From Planctomycetota bacterium (GTDB taxonomy: Bacteria > Planctomycetota > UBA1135 > UBA2386), in the NCBI GenBank assembly GCA_965228735.1, contig OZ245838.1, positions 4,864,001 through 4,928,000 of the forward strand: DNA of 64,000 nucleotides, in the 5' to 3' direction. Each line of letters opens with the position of its first letter. Positions within the stretch are counted from its first letter, which is position 1. The translations under genes and the position numbers were made by a program. The notes under the pieces are model-generated. The model searched no databases. It was not told where the DNA came from and saw nothing but the letters and a program-made list of their open reading frames with translations. Of the stretch, positions 1 to 9,957 are shown piece by piece.

Positions 1-1129
1 CAAAGAGCGGCAGCAGGCTTTCGCCATCGAAATCGGCCGCCGCATGCTCGACCCCGGCCGCGTCGAGGAACGTGGGCGCGAAGTCCATCGAGATCGCCGG
101 GGTCGCATCGACGGCGCCCGCGCGCACGTGACCGGGCCAGCGCAGGATCATCGGCACCCGGATGCCGCCTTCGTAGAGATAGCCCTTGGCGGCGCGCAGG
201 GGGTCGGCGACCGACGAACCGGGCATCTGCCCGTTGTCGGAGGTGAACACGACGAGGGTGTCATCGCGCAGACCGAGGTCGTCGAGCGCTTGCAGCACGC
301 GACCGATCGCGCGGTCCATGCCTTCGACCATCGCGCGGTAGCGGGTCGGCATGTCGGGTTCCTGCGCGTCGGAGTAGCGCGCGTAGAGCTCCGGCGTCGC
401 CTCGATCGGATAGTGGACCGTGTAGGTCCACAGGCACAGGAAGAACGGCTGGCCCGGCTGCCTCGGGGTGCGGAGGAACTCGATCGCCTCCGTGGCCAGC
501 AGGTCGGGGAGATACTCGCCGGCCTTGCCCTTCTCGAAGTTGGGCATCTTGATCGGAGCGAAGAACGTGCCGGGGCCGCCCATCGCGTTGCCGGCGACGT
601 TCACGTCGAAGCCGTAGCTCTCCGGGAACAGCGTCGTGTCGGTCGTGTTCCAGTTCGGCCCGGCGAGGTGCCACTTGCCGACGAACCCCGTGCGATAGCC
701 GGCGTCCTGCAATCGATGCGCGATCGTCGGGAACGCCTTGTCGAGCACGTTCCGTGATCGACCCGGCCCGAACGCGCGCCCACGGCGCTCACCGTTCTTC
801 TGCCCGCGTTCGTCGTAGAAGCTCCAGCGATCGGGGATGTGGTTGGTCACTCGCAGGCGCGCCGGGGCGAGACCGGTGACGCACGCTGCGCGTGTCGGCG
901 AACAGACCGGCGCGGCGGCGTAGAAGTCCGTGAACCGCGTACCGTCGGCCGCCAGACGATCGATGTGGGGCGTCGTGAACTTCGCGTTGCCCTGGACGCC
1001 CAGGTCCATCCAACCGAGGTCGTCGATCATCACGAACAGGATGTTCGGCCGCTCCGAACGCGGCGCATCCTGCGCGGGCAGAGCGGCCCACGCGGCGAGC
1101 GTGACGACGACGAGGTGGGCAGCGCGCAT
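1..1129 (-). CDS. Sulfatase (arylsulfatase A-like), secreted; runs off the window edge
   Basis: Manual translation from ATG at 1129: MRAAHLVVVTLAAWAALPAQD (signal peptide), then RPNILFVMIDDLGWMD, the formylglycine motif CSPTR and GKWHL. Missing from the ORF track because it has no stop in the window. Confidence 0.93.
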   Translation of the reverse strand, partial: MRAAHLVVVTLAAWAALPAQDAPRSERPNILFVMIDDLGWMDLGVQGNAKFTTPHIDRLAADGTRFTDFYAAAPVCSPTRAACVTGLAPARLRVTNHIPDRWSFYDERGQKNGERRGRAFGPGRSRNVLDKAFPTIAHRLQDAGYRTGFVGKWHLAGPNWNTTDTTLFPESYGFDVNVAGNAMGGPGTFFAPIKMPNFEKGKAGEYLPDLLATEAIEFLRTPRQPGQPFFLCLWTYTVHYPIEATPELYARYSDAQEPDMPTRYRAMVEGMDRAIGRVLQALDDLGLRDDTLVVFTSDNGQMPGSSVADPLRAAKGYLYEGGIRVPMILRWPGHVRAGAVDATPAISMDFAPTFLDAAGVEHAAADFDGESLLPLF

Positions 1130-1155
1130 GCGCCGCAGCATACCGGCGGCGCGCG

Positions 1156-1587
1156 TCAGATCGGCGCGAACCAGATCACGACGTCGCCGAGCTTCTGCGC
1201 GAGCTCTGCCGTCAGCTCGAACGTGAACGACGCGTTGTCCGCGGTGATCGCCGGCGTCTCCTTGATGCCGATCCTCTGGTCCGAGCGGTCGTAGAGGTTG
1301 ACGAGCATCTTGACCGCGCCGAACGACTCGTGCGACTCGGACAGCTGGTAGGGCTGCACCGTGAGCTTCTGCGCGTCGACGAGACGGAGCTTCCACCCCT
1401 TCGCGATCGGACCCTTGCTGTTCTTGGCCTTGCCCGTCGCCGCCAGATGTTCGGCGCGCGCGGCCGTCGTCGTCGGGCCGTAGCGCCACGAGATCTCGCG
1501 GTTCTTCCAATCGTAGGGTTCACCGCCGCCGCACGCCGACAGCGTGGCGAGCAGCGGCAGAGCGGCGACTGCCAGGTGGGATCGCAT
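1156..1587 (-). CDS. Hypothetical lipoprotein
   Basis: MRSHLAVAALPLLATLSAC lipobox; GC3-rich codons; co-directional with the sulfatase. Confidence 0.75.
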   Translation of the reverse strand: MRSHLAVAALPLLATLSACGGGEPYDWKNREISWRYGPTTTAARAEHLAATGKAKNSKGPIAKGWKLRLVDAQKLTVQPYQLSESHESFGAVKMLVNLYDRSDQRIGIKETPAITADNASFTFELTAELAQKLGDVVIWFAPI

Positions 1588-1651
1588 GCAATAGACGATC
1601 CTGGCAACTTCCTCCCGATGCAAGGCAGGGCGCGTGCGATACCGTGACGCC

Positions 1652-3109
1652 ATGCACCGCCTCGTCGGGTCGTTCGTCGCGCTCGCCGCGCTCCTCGATT
1701 CTTCGGCTGGCCAGGAAGGCGCGGATGGTGGCCGGCTCGCGCGGCTGCGGGCCGCGGCTCACGCCCACGTCGACTCGGAGCAGCAGGCGCTGTTCGATCT
1801 GAGCAACCGCATCTGGCGCTTCGCCGAGACGAGCCTCACCGAGAGCAAGTCGTCCGCGGCGCTGGCCGACTTCCTCGAAGAACGCGGCTTCCGCGTCGAG
1901 CGCGGCGTCGCGGGCATCCCGACGGCGTTCACCGCGACGTTCGGCAGCGGCAAGCCGGTGATCGGCATGCTGGCCGAGTTCGACGCGTTGCCCGGCATCA
2001 GCAACGAGGCGAAGGCGCAGCGCTCGCCGCTCGTGCGCGGCGGCAACGGCCACGGCTGCGGTCACAACCTCTTCGCCGCCGGCTCGGCCGGGGCGGCGCT
2101 CGCGGCCAAGGCCGTGATGGCGGCGGAGGGCATCGGCGGCACGCTCGTGCTGTTCGGCTGCCCGGCGGAAGAGACGGTGATCGGCAAGGTCTACATGGCC
2201 AAGGCGGGGGTGTTCGACGGTCTCGACTGCTGCCTCGACTGGCACCCCGGGGACGAGACCCGGGCCGACTACGAAGGCACCCGCGCGCTCAACAACTTCG
2301 TCGTGAAGTTCCACGGCAAGACGGCGCACGGCGCGGGCGATCCATGGAACGGCCGGTCCGCGCTCGACGCGGTCGAACTCATGAACCACGCGGTGAACAT
2401 GCTGCGCGAGCACGTCGTGCCGTCGACGCGGATCCACTACGTCGTCAAGAACGGCGGCGGCGCGCCCAACGTCGTGCCGGCCGAGGCGTCGGTCTGGTAC
2501 TACGTTCGCGACCTGACACGCGCCGGCGTCGAGTCGACGTATCAGCGGGTGCTGAAGTGTGCCGAGGGCGCGGCGATCGCGACGGAGACGACGTGGGAGC
2601 ACGAGCTGACGACGGGTGTGCACGACTACCTGCTCAACCGCCCCCTCACGGAGCTGCTCGATCGCAACCTGCGCGCGGCGGGTGCGCCGGCCTGGGACGA
2701 TGGCGAACAGAAGTTCGCGCGTCAGCTGCAGGTCGCGACCGGCAAACCCGACAAGGGGCTCTTCGTCGGCGTCGCGGACCTGCCGGCCGATCCCGTGCCG
2801 GCCCAGGGCGGTTCGACCGACGCGGCCGAGGTCTCGCGCATCACGCCGACCGGCAAGTTGCGTGTGGCGTGCGCGCCGGTCGATACGCCGTGGCACGCGT
2901 GGCCCGTCGTCGCGTGCGCCGGCACGTCGATCGGTCACAAGTGCATCCGGAGTGCCGCCCGCGCGCTCGGAGCGTCGCTCGTCGAGCTGTTCGTGTCGCC
3001 GGACCTCGTCGCGGCGGCGCGAACCCGGTTCCAGGAACAGACGGCGGGTGAGCCTTACCGGTGCCCGATCCCGCAGGATCAGGAGCCGCCGCTGCCGCGT
3101 GGGCAGTAG
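1652..3109 (+). CDS. M20 family amidohydrolase (AbgB-like) with putative signal peptide
   Basis: AEFDALPG, GHGCGHN, CPAEE, DWHP, GRSALDAVELMN, GGSTD motifs. Confidence 0.88.
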   Translation: MHRLVGSFVALAALLDSSAGQEGADGGRLARLRAAAHAHVDSEQQALFDLSNRIWRFAETSLTESKSSAALADFLEERGFRVERGVAGIPTAFTATFGSGKPVIGMLAEFDALPGISNEAKAQRSPLVRGGNGHGCGHNLFAAGSAGAALAAKAVMAAEGIGGTLVLFGCPAEETVIGKVYMAKAGVFDGLDCCLDWHPGDETRADYEGTRALNNFVVKFHGKTAHGAGDPWNGRSALDAVELMNHAVNMLREHVVPSTRIHYVVKNGGGAPNVVPAEASVWYYVRDLTRAGVESTYQRVLKCAEGAAIATETTWEHELTTGVHDYLLNRPLTELLDRNLRAAGAPAWDDGEQKFARQLQVATGKPDKGLFVGVADLPADPVPAQGGSTDAAEVSRITPTGKLRVACAPVDTPWHAWPVVACAGTSIGHKCIRSAARALGASLVELFVSPDLVAAARTRFQEQTAGEPYRCPIPQDQEPPLPRGQ

Positions 3110-3119
3110 TCGCGGGGCG

Positions 3120-3758
3120 TTACACCAGCCCCTGCTCGATCGCCCGCAGGACGGCGCGCGTGCGGTCGTCCGCGCCGAGCTTGCCGAGAACGACGCTGAC
3201 GTGGTTCTTCACCGTGCCGGCCGCGAGCCCGAGGCCATCGGCGATCTCGCGGTTCGTCAATCCGGCGGCCATGAGCCGCAGGACGTCGGATTCACGCGGT
3301 GTCAGGCTCGTGGGCGCACGCTCGCTCACGGGCTCGGGATCGGTCAAGGCTCGCCGGATCCGATCCGAGATCGCCGGACGCAGCGCGAGCCGGCCCGCGT
3401 GCACTTCCTGGATCGCGTCGACGAGTTCGTCACGCGAGACGTCCTTGAGCAGAAAGCCGCGGGCGCCTCGGCGGGCCGCGAGCAACAACGCAGCGTCGTC
3501 GTCGAACGTCGTCAGCACGAGGGCGCGTGGGCGCGATCTGCCGGCGTCCTGCAGCAGGCGCAGGAGCTCGTGGCCATCCATCTCGGGCATTCGCAGGTCG
3601 AGCAGCACGACGTCGACCTCCGTGGTCGCGAGTGCGGCCCAGGCTTCCTGCCCGTTCGCGGCGCTCGCGACGACCTCGACCGCGGCAACGCCACCGAGGA
3701 GCGCTTCGAAGCCCTCGCGCACGAGTCGGTGGTCGTCGACAACCATGACCCGGATCAC
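3120..3758 (-). CDS. NarL/LuxR family response regulator
   Basis: VVDDH...LLDLRMP...FLLKD receiver domain; LTPRE...NREIA...TVKNH HTH. Confidence 0.95.
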   Translation of the reverse strand: MIRVMVVDDHRLVREGFEALLGGVAAVEVVASAANGQEAWAALATTEVDVVLLDLRMPEMDGHELLRLLQDAGRSRPRALVLTTFDDDAALLLAARRGARGFLLKDVSRDELVDAIQEVHAGRLALRPAISDRIRRALTDPEPVSERAPTSLTPRESDVLRLMAAGLTNREIADGLGLAAGTVKNHVSVVLGKLGADDRTRAVLRAIEQGLV

Positions 3759-4891
3759 GACGTTGCTCCGCTCACGCTTCGTTCGGCGGTCACCGGCAGA
3801 CCGATCCGCACGGTCGTGCCGCGTCCCGGTTGGCGATCGAGGTCGAACGTGCAGCCCGCGGTGCGGCAGCGATCGGCCATCCCGTCGAGGCCGCGCCCGG
3901 TCGCGGGTCCCGGCCAGCTGCGCCCGTCATCGGCCACCGTGATGCTGTCGCGTCCGACGTCGATCACGACTGCGCTGGCGTGCCCGTGCTTGCGCGCGTT
4001 GGTGACGGCTTCCTGAACGACTCGCAGGCACTCGCGCGCGGTCGCGGGGGGCAGCGCCTGCACGCCGCTCTCGTCCGTGACGGCGAGTCGGACTCGCGGT
4101 GTGAGGTCGTCCGCGGCCAGGTCGTCGAACGCCCGCACGAGATCGAAAGCGACGGTCTCCTGCATGTCGTCGACGACGCTCCTCACCTCCGCCAGCAGGA
4201 GTCGCGCGAGCTGTCGCGCCTGTTCGACGTGTCGTTCGCCGTCCGGCCCGCGCGCGGCCTCGAGCTGCAGCTGCAGCGCGACGAGATGGTGGCCGAGGAC
4301 GTCGTGCAGATCGGCGGCGATCTGGTTGCGTTCGGCCTGCCGCGCAGCGGTGAGCAGCTCGGCGCGGGTCGCGGCGAGCTCGCGCCGCGCCCGGCTCTCG
4401 GATGCGGCCGTCGCGTGGAAGCGGTAGCCGATCACCTGGAAGCACAGGAAGCCGAACGCAGCGGCGCTGCCGACCTCGGCGTTCCAGCGCATGGCGTAGA
4501 TGGCGACGAGGCCGATCGATTGGGCCGCGATCCAGAGCGCGACGACTGGCGTCGAGAACCCCGGCAGTCGCGCCGCCACGACGACCAGCAGCGCCGCGGT
4601 CAGCGCAGCGCCGCCGTAGATCGCGGGGATCAGCCAAACCGCGGTCAGGGCGCACGCCGATGCGAGCCCCAGCACGAAAGCCCGCGCGGTCGAGCCGTGC
4701 AGCCGCGCTGCGAGCGCGTCCGCGACGAGGAACGTCGCGATGCAGGCAATCCAGTTCCCGAGGTGCTCGGGCGCCGGGTCGTCCGGGTGCAATAGCGCGC
4801 GCTGCAGCAACGGCAGCACGGCCACCGCGACGCCGACCGGGCCGAGCCACGCGGCGCGGGGTCCTGCCGAAACGGTCGGGGTCGCGGTCAT
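3755..4891 (-). CDS. Membrane sensor histidine kinase (HisKA_3/DesK-like)
   Basis: About 5 TM helices, ERNQIAADLHDVLGH H-box, QEAVTNARKH, DDG, GRGLDGM; 4-bp overlap with the response regulator. Confidence 0.92.
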   Translation of the reverse strand: MTATPTVSAGPRAAWLGPVGVAVAVLPLLQRALLHPDDPAPEHLGNWIACIATFLVADALAARLHGSTARAFVLGLASACALTAVWLIPAIYGGAALTAALLVVVAARLPGFSTPVVALWIAAQSIGLVAIYAMRWNAEVGSAAAFGFLCFQVIGYRFHATAASESRARRELAATRAELLTAARQAERNQIAADLHDVLGHHLVALQLQLEAARGPDGERHVEQARQLARLLLAEVRSVVDDMQETVAFDLVRAFDDLAADDLTPRVRLAVTDESGVQALPPATARECLRVVQEAVTNARKHGHASAVVIDVGRDSITVADDGRSWPGPATGRGLDGMADRCRTAGCTFDLDRQPGRGTTVRIGLPVTAERSVSGATS

Positions 4892-4909
4892 GCCGACGCA
4901 ACGATAGCC

Positions 4910-4968
4910 CCGACTTCGGCCGTTCCACCCCTGCCGATGGTCATGGGCCGGCGCGTGTCTCGTGGCAC
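4910..4968. promoter_or_regulatory. Three imperfect 14-bp palindromes, candidate response-regulator operators
   Basis: ccGACttcgGCCgt (4910), ctGCCgatgGTCat (4931) and gtGTCtcgtGGCac (4955) in the divergent gap between the kinase and the DUF5694-like gene. Confidence 0.4.
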
Positions 4969-5002
4969 TGGCGCGGGACCCTCGTCCGCCGACGCTGCTG
5001 CG

Positions 5003-5995
5003 ATGAACTGTCGCATCACCATCGTCGTGATCCTCGGCCTCCTGACCGCCGCCGGCTGCGCCGGCTCCTCCGGCGCCGCGCGCTTGCGTTCCCTCCAAGG
5101 CGTCGAGGCGCCGGATTCCCAGCAGGAATCCCAGCAGGAATCCCAGCAGGATCCCCAACAGGACCCTCAACCGGACCTGTGGCGCGACGATCCCGCTGCA
5201 GTAGTCGACGGCTACCTCGAGCAGGCCGGGCTCGAGCCCGTCGACGTGCTCCTGCTCGGCACGTTCCATTTCGACGACCAGGGGCTCGACGCCTACAAGC
5301 CGACCCATTCGTTCGACCCGCTGACGGCGCGGCGGCAGGCGGAGATCGAGCGCGTCGTCGAAGCTTTGGTGGAGTTCGCACCCGACGTCGTGTGCATCGA
5401 GCGCCGGCCATCGGGCCAGGTGCGGGTCGACGAACACTATGCCGCCTATCGCGCCGGTGATCGAACGCGGAGCAAGAGCGAGATCGACCAGGTCGCGTAT
5501 CGACTCGCCGCGCGGCTCGGGCACGAACGCGTGCACGCGATCGACGCGCCCGGGCGCTGGCTCGAGCCGCGGGTCGACCCACTGCGTTGGGCCCGCGAGC
5601 ACGGCGCACTGCGGCGGCTCGCGACGCCTCTCGAAGGCGTCGTGGCGCGCGCCAACCGGGATCGCGACCGCTTCATCGATCGCGTCGACCTCACCACGAT
5701 CCTGCGGTTCATGAACCACCCGCGGGTGCTGCAGACCTCGCATGCCGCCTACCTCGTGGGTGGGTTCCACGCCGGCGACGGCGAGGAGTATCCCGGGCCC
5801 GACGGCTTCGTGAGCCAGTGGTTCAACCGCAACCTCCGCATCTTCAGCAACCTCGCGCGCGCGACGGAACCGGGGCAGCGGGTCGTCGTGCTCATCGGCG
5901 CCGGCCACGTGCCGATCCTGCGCCACTGTGTCGCATCGAGCCCGGAGTTCCGACTCGTGGAGGTGCGGGACGTGCTGCCGGCGGCGAAGGACTGA
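5003..5995 (+). CDS. DUF5694-like lipoprotein
   Basis: Lipobox LTAAGC; VLLLGTFHF, SEIDQV..RLA, WFNRNLRIF, VVVLIGAGH motifs. Confidence 0.78.
   Translation: MNCRITIVVILGLLTAAGCAGSSGAARLRSLQGVEAPDSQQESQQESQQDPQQDPQPDLWRDDPAAVVDGYLEQAGLEPVDVLLLGTFHFDDQGLDAYKPTHSFDPLTARRQAEIERVVEALVEFAPDVVCIERRPSGQVRVDEHYAAYRAGDRTRSKSEIDQVAYRLAARLGHERVHAIDAPGRWLEPRVDPLRWAREHGALRRLATPLEGVVARANRDRDRFIDRVDLTTILRFMNHPRVLQTSHAAYLVGGFHAGDGEEYPGPDGFVSQWFNRNLRIFSNLARATEPGQRVVVLIGAGHVPILRHCVASSPEFRLVEVRDVLPAAKD
5117..5176 (+). repeat. In-frame 12-bp tandem repeat x5 (SQQE/PQQD linker)
   Basis: tcccagcaggaa x2, tcccagcaggat, ccccaacaggac, cctcaaccggac. Confidence 0.85.
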
Positions 5996-6038
5996 GCCAC
6001 TTGCGAAACACGGCGGCCGGTGCTGGCGTTGGGGCCCA

Positions 6039-6803
6039 GTGAGCGTTCGGCCTCGTGAGATCCTCCGGCATGTCGAACACCGGGCGTATCCGGTGCCGGA
6101 CCGACCGTGGGCGCTGCGCATGCGCTGGCGCGACCTGCTGTTCGCGCACTGGCCGGTCGATCCGGCGCCCTTGCGCGCGGCTTTGCCGCCGGGCCTCGAG
6201 CTCGACCTGTTCGATGGTGAGGCCTGGGTCGGCGTCGTGCCGTTTCAGATGACCGACACCGCGCCGCGCGGACTGCCCGCGCTGCCGTGTCGGCCCTCGC
6301 GGTTCCTCGAGCTCAACGTCCGGACCTACGTGCGGCACAACGGTCGCGCCGGGGTCTGGTTCTTCTCGCTCGACGCGGACAGCGGGCTCGCCGTGCGAGC
6401 CGCGCGCTGGTCGTTCCATCTGCCGTACCACCATGCCCGGATGGCGCTGCGCTGCGACGCGACCAGCGGGTGGCGGCACTACAGCAGCGAGCGAAGTCAC
6501 CGCGGCGTCGGGGCCGGCGCGTTCCTCGGCCGCTATCGGCCGGGTGCGCCGCTGCCACCGGCCGCGCCCGGCTCACTCGAGCACTGGCTCACCGAGCGCT
6601 ACTTCCTCGCATCGGCGACGCCACGCGGGGCGTTGCGAATCGGCGGGATCCATCACGCGCCGTGGCCGCTGCACGCTGCCGAGGCCGAGATCGAGCGTTG
6701 CACGGTCACCGAGGCGTTCGGCATCACGCTGCCGGATCGGCCGCCGCTCTTGCACTTCGCGGCATCGCTCGACGTGGTGGCGTGGCTGCTCCGGTCGCCG
6801 TAG
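6039..6803 (+). CDS. YqjF/DUF2071 family protein
   Basis: WRDLLFAHW, FLELNVRTYV, GVWFFSLDA, WLTERY, IHHAPWPL; GTG start. Confidence 0.9.
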   Translation: MSVRPREILRHVEHRAYPVPDRPWALRMRWRDLLFAHWPVDPAPLRAALPPGLELDLFDGEAWVGVVPFQMTDTAPRGLPALPCRPSRFLELNVRTYVRHNGRAGVWFFSLDADSGLAVRAARWSFHLPYHHARMALRCDATSGWRHYSSERSHRGVGAGAFLGRYRPGAPLPPAAPGSLEHWLTERYFLASATPRGALRIGGIHHAPWPLHAAEAEIERCTVTEAFGITLPDRPPLLHFAASLDVVAWLLRSP

Positions 6804-6838
6804 CACGAAGCGAGCCGGAGGCGCCGTGTAGCGCAGCG

Positions 6839-7831
6839 CTACGCGGGTGGCTGGTCCGTGAGGAACTGCTGCAGGGTCGCCCGCACGCCCGCCGGCAGGG
6901 CGCGTCGTGGTGCCGCCGGGAACCTCGCGCGGACCGCGCTGTCGTCGAGGTCGCTCACGAACAGGTTGGCGCGCGCGTCGTCGGCGATCCCGAGGTCGAC
7001 GGCGTCGCCGAGCCCGAGTTCGTTCGCAGCCGCGCGGATCGTCGCGAGGAAGCCTTCGACCTCGACCGTCTCGCCGCGGATGTTGAACGCGGCGCAGCCG
7101 TCGAACGGTGCGCTCGCCGCGATCGCGAAGTGGGCGCCGACGTCTTCGACGTAGTGGTAGTTCTCGCGTCCGCGGTAGGGCATGCGGAACGGTTCGGCGC
7201 GGCCGTTGCGGTGACCGCTTACGACGTGCTTCATCGCGGTCGTCACGGCCGAGGTCATGCCCTGATCGCGCCCGGGTCCGTACGTCGTGTTGAGTCGCAG
7301 GCTGACCGTGGGAATGCCGGTGCGCTCGTGGAAGAGCCGGCAGAGGTGTTCGCCAGCGACCTTCCACACGCCGTACCGGTTGGGCGGGAACAGCTCGGCG
7401 GCCTCGGACACGAGCGGCGTGTCGTAGTGCGACCGCGGGCCGTAGACCGCGGCCGAGCTCGCGAACACGACGCGCTCGGGTCGGGTGGTGAGGCGTTCGA
7501 CGGCTTCGAGCAGGGCCTGCGTCGCGCCGACGTTGATGCGCATGCCGAGCTCCGGATCGCGGTCGCAGTCGGGGCTCTGCAGCGCGGCCAGATGCACGAC
7601 GTGGGTCGGCGAGGCCTCGTCGACGAGCGCGCCGACCGCCGACTCGTCGCCGAGGTCGAGCGCGGCGAAGCGGACGCGGTCGTCGAGTTCGTCACCGAGC
7701 CACATCTGCAGTCGGCTGCGATCCGAGCCGCGGCTCGCGACGACGATCTCGTCGACGCCGTGGCGCAGCAGGTCGCGCACGGTGACGGCGCCGATGCAGC
7801 CCGTGCCGCCGGTGACGAGGGCCCGCGTCAT
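6839..7831 (-). CDS. NAD-dependent epimerase/dehydratase (extended SDR)
   Basis: LVTGGTGCIG, VVHLAA, ASSAAVYG, YGVWK (YxxxK). Confidence 0.92.
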   Translation of the reverse strand: MTRALVTGGTGCIGAVTVRDLLRHGVDEIVVASRGSDRSRLQMWLGDELDDRVRFAALDLGDESAVGALVDEASPTHVVHLAALQSPDCDRDPELGMRINVGATQALLEAVERLTTRPERVVFASSAAVYGPRSHYDTPLVSEAAELFPPNRYGVWKVAGEHLCRLFHERTGIPTVSLRLNTTYGPGRDQGMTSAVTTAMKHVVSGHRNGRAEPFRMPYRGRENYHYVEDVGAHFAIAASAPFDGCAAFNIRGETVEVEGFLATIRAAANELGLGDAVDLGIADDARANLFVSDLDDSAVRARFPAAPRRALPAGVRATLQQFLTDQPPA

Positions 7832-8961
7832 GGGTTGATCTGCAGCACGGCCTTCGGCGTGCGGGCCCGGATCGAGTCGGTCATCGCGCGCATCGCGTCC
7901 GCGAACGGATAGAGCTGCGTGTAGTGCTCGACCGGGAATACGCCCCGCTGCAGCAGGCGCTGCGCGTTGTCGTAGTCCTCGTGGCTGCTGCCCATCACGC
8001 CCTGCATCGCCTGGCCGGAGCGCGTGAACGCCGTCGCGCCGAAGTTGACCTCGCACGGATACGTCGCGATGACGCAGATCGTGCCCTCGGGCTGCACGGA
8101 CAGTCCCGCGTCGGCGAGCGCGGGCGGCGCGCCCGAGCACTCGATGAGCACGTCGCAGAGGCTGTCGTCGAAGTCGTCGCCGAAGCGCGTGCCGTCGGTC
8201 GCTTCGATCCCACGCTTCAGCTGTTCGTGCAGCGGCGCGTCGGGGCTCACGACGATCGGCAGGAAGCCGCGGTCCTCGGCGAGCTTCAATCGCACGTCGC
8301 GGTCACGTTCGACGCCGACGATCGCAACGCGCGCGCCGGCCGAACGCGCGAGTTCGGCGGCCATGAGGCCCATGATCCCGCAGCCCGAGACGACGACGTC
8401 CATGCCCGGCTGGATGCCGCACTTGCGCAGCACACCTTGCGCCACGACGGACAGCGGCTCGACGACCGCGCCCTGCAGCGGCGTGAGGCCGGGCAGCAGC
8501 TTGATGCAGCGATCGGCCTCGATGATCGAGCGCGTCGCCATGCCGCCGTCGCGGTGGAAACCGAAGATGCGCTTCCGCCGGCAGTAGTTCCAGCGGCCGC
8601 GGCGGCAGCCGCGGCAGCGCGGATCGCGGCAGCCGCGCATCGCGAGCGCGCAGATGATGTCGCCCTTTCGCAGGCCTCCATAGCCTGCGGTATCCGGCCC
8701 GAAGTCGACGATACGCGCGGTGAACTCGTGGCCGATCGTGCGCGGGCGTTCGACCCAGGCGAAGTTCGGCTTGCCGACCGCGGCGCTGTTGTCCGAGCCG
8801 CAGACGCCGGCGAACAGCGGCTCGACCAGGACCTCACCCGGACCGGGGTCGCCGATCTCGACCTGTTCGACGGCGAGGTTCTGCGTGACCTCGGCGGCCG
8901 CGTCCGCGGGGTCGAGGCGGTGCTCGCCGTTGAGGCGCAGCGCGGTGGCGGTCAGGGTCAT
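7828..8961 (-). CDS. Zn-dependent medium-chain (sugar/polyol) dehydrogenase
   Basis: GVCGSD, GHE, structural Zn cluster CRDPRCRGC-x7-C, GCGIMG, ECSG; 4-bp overlap with the SDR gene. Confidence 0.9.
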   Translation of the reverse strand: MTLTATALRLNGEHRLDPADAAAEVTQNLAVEQVEIGDPGPGEVLVEPLFAGVCGSDNSAAVGKPNFAWVERPRTIGHEFTARIVDFGPDTAGYGGLRKGDIICALAMRGCRDPRCRGCRRGRWNYCRRKRIFGFHRDGGMATRSIIEADRCIKLLPGLTPLQGAVVEPLSVVAQGVLRKCGIQPGMDVVVSGCGIMGLMAAELARSAGARVAIVGVERDRDVRLKLAEDRGFLPIVVSPDAPLHEQLKRGIEATDGTRFGDDFDDSLCDVLIECSGAPPALADAGLSVQPEGTICVIATYPCEVNFGATAFTRSGQAMQGVMGSSHEDYDNAQRLLQRGVFPVEHYTQLYPFADAMRAMTDSIRARTPKAVLQINP

Positions 8962-8972
8962 GGCGGGTGGGT

Positions 8973-9956
8973 CTACGAGTGCGTGGTCTTGGGGAACTGC
9001 GGCACGTGCCGGTTCGGGTCGGCCGGCGGGACGTTGTTCTCGGGTCGGCCCTCGAACCACATCATGTTCTTGACCGGGGCGACGAGCTCGGCGATGCGCG
9101 CGAGCAAACCGTCGGGAATCTCGGCCGCGGCGGCGGTCACGTTGCGTTCGACCTCGGCGCGGGTCTTCATGCCGACGATCGTCGTCGTCGGCGCGCGTTG
9201 CACGGCGTCGCGGATCGCGACCGTCGCGACGTCGGTGCCGGCTTCGCGACAGAGCGCGGCGAGCGGTTGCGCGATGTCGAGCACGGGCTGCGGGCTGCGG
9301 TGCCAATCCTGCGGACCCGCGTCCGTGAGGAGGCCCTGCAGCACGGGCGATGCGTTGATGAGGCCGATGCCGCGCTCGTTCGCGAGTGGGACGAGTTCCT
9401 CGTCGAGCTCGTCCTCGACGAGGTTGCAGTGCGCCCACGACAGCAGCGTGTCGAGCTCGGTCTGCTCGGCCAGCCTCCGCAGGTAGCGCACGGGCAGGCC
9501 CGAGATGCCGACGAAGCGGACCTTGCCGTCCTGCTGCAGGTCGCGCGCTGCGGGCAGCGCCTCTTCGAGCACCTGCTGCGTGGTGCCGAACTCGACGTCG
9601 TGGATCTGGAACACGTCGATGCGGTCGGTCTGCAACCGTTGCAGCGACTCGTCGATGCTCGCCTTGACGCGCGCGCCGGAGAAGTCGAACTGCGTGAAGC
9701 CGTCGCGGCAGCACTTGGTCGCGAGCGTGACGCGGTCGCGCCGGTCACGGAGCGCCTTGCCGAGCCTGGTCTCCGCGAGGCCGAAGCCGTAGAGCGGCGC
9801 GGTGTCGAAGTAGTCGATGCCGAGATCGATCGCCGCGTGCACGGCGTCGATCGCGTCGTTCTCGTCGAGCTCGCCGAACAGATCACCGAGTGGCGCGGCG
9901 CCGAAGCTGAGCGCCGGCACGTCGATGCCGGTCTTGCCGAGTGCGCGACGCTCCAC
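8973..9956 (-). CDS. Aldo/keto reductase (L-galactose dehydrogenase-like)
   Basis: GTG start; RRALGKTG, FDTAPLYG, ATKC, IHDVEF. Confidence 0.9.
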   Translation of the reverse strand: MERRALGKTGIDVPALSFGAAPLGDLFGELDENDAIDAVHAAIDLGIDYFDTAPLYGFGLAETRLGKALRDRRDRVTLATKCCRDGFTQFDFSGARVKASIDESLQRLQTDRIDVFQIHDVEFGTTQQVLEEALPAARDLQQDGKVRFVGISGLPVRYLRRLAEQTELDTLLSWAHCNLVEDELDEELVPLANERGIGLINASPVLQGLLTDAGPQDWHRSPQPVLDIAQPLAALCREAGTDVATVAIRDAVQRAPTTTIVGMKTRAEVERNVTAAAAEIPDGLLARIAELVAPVKNMMWFEGRPENNVPPADPNRHVPQFPKTTHS

Positions 9957-9957
9957 G

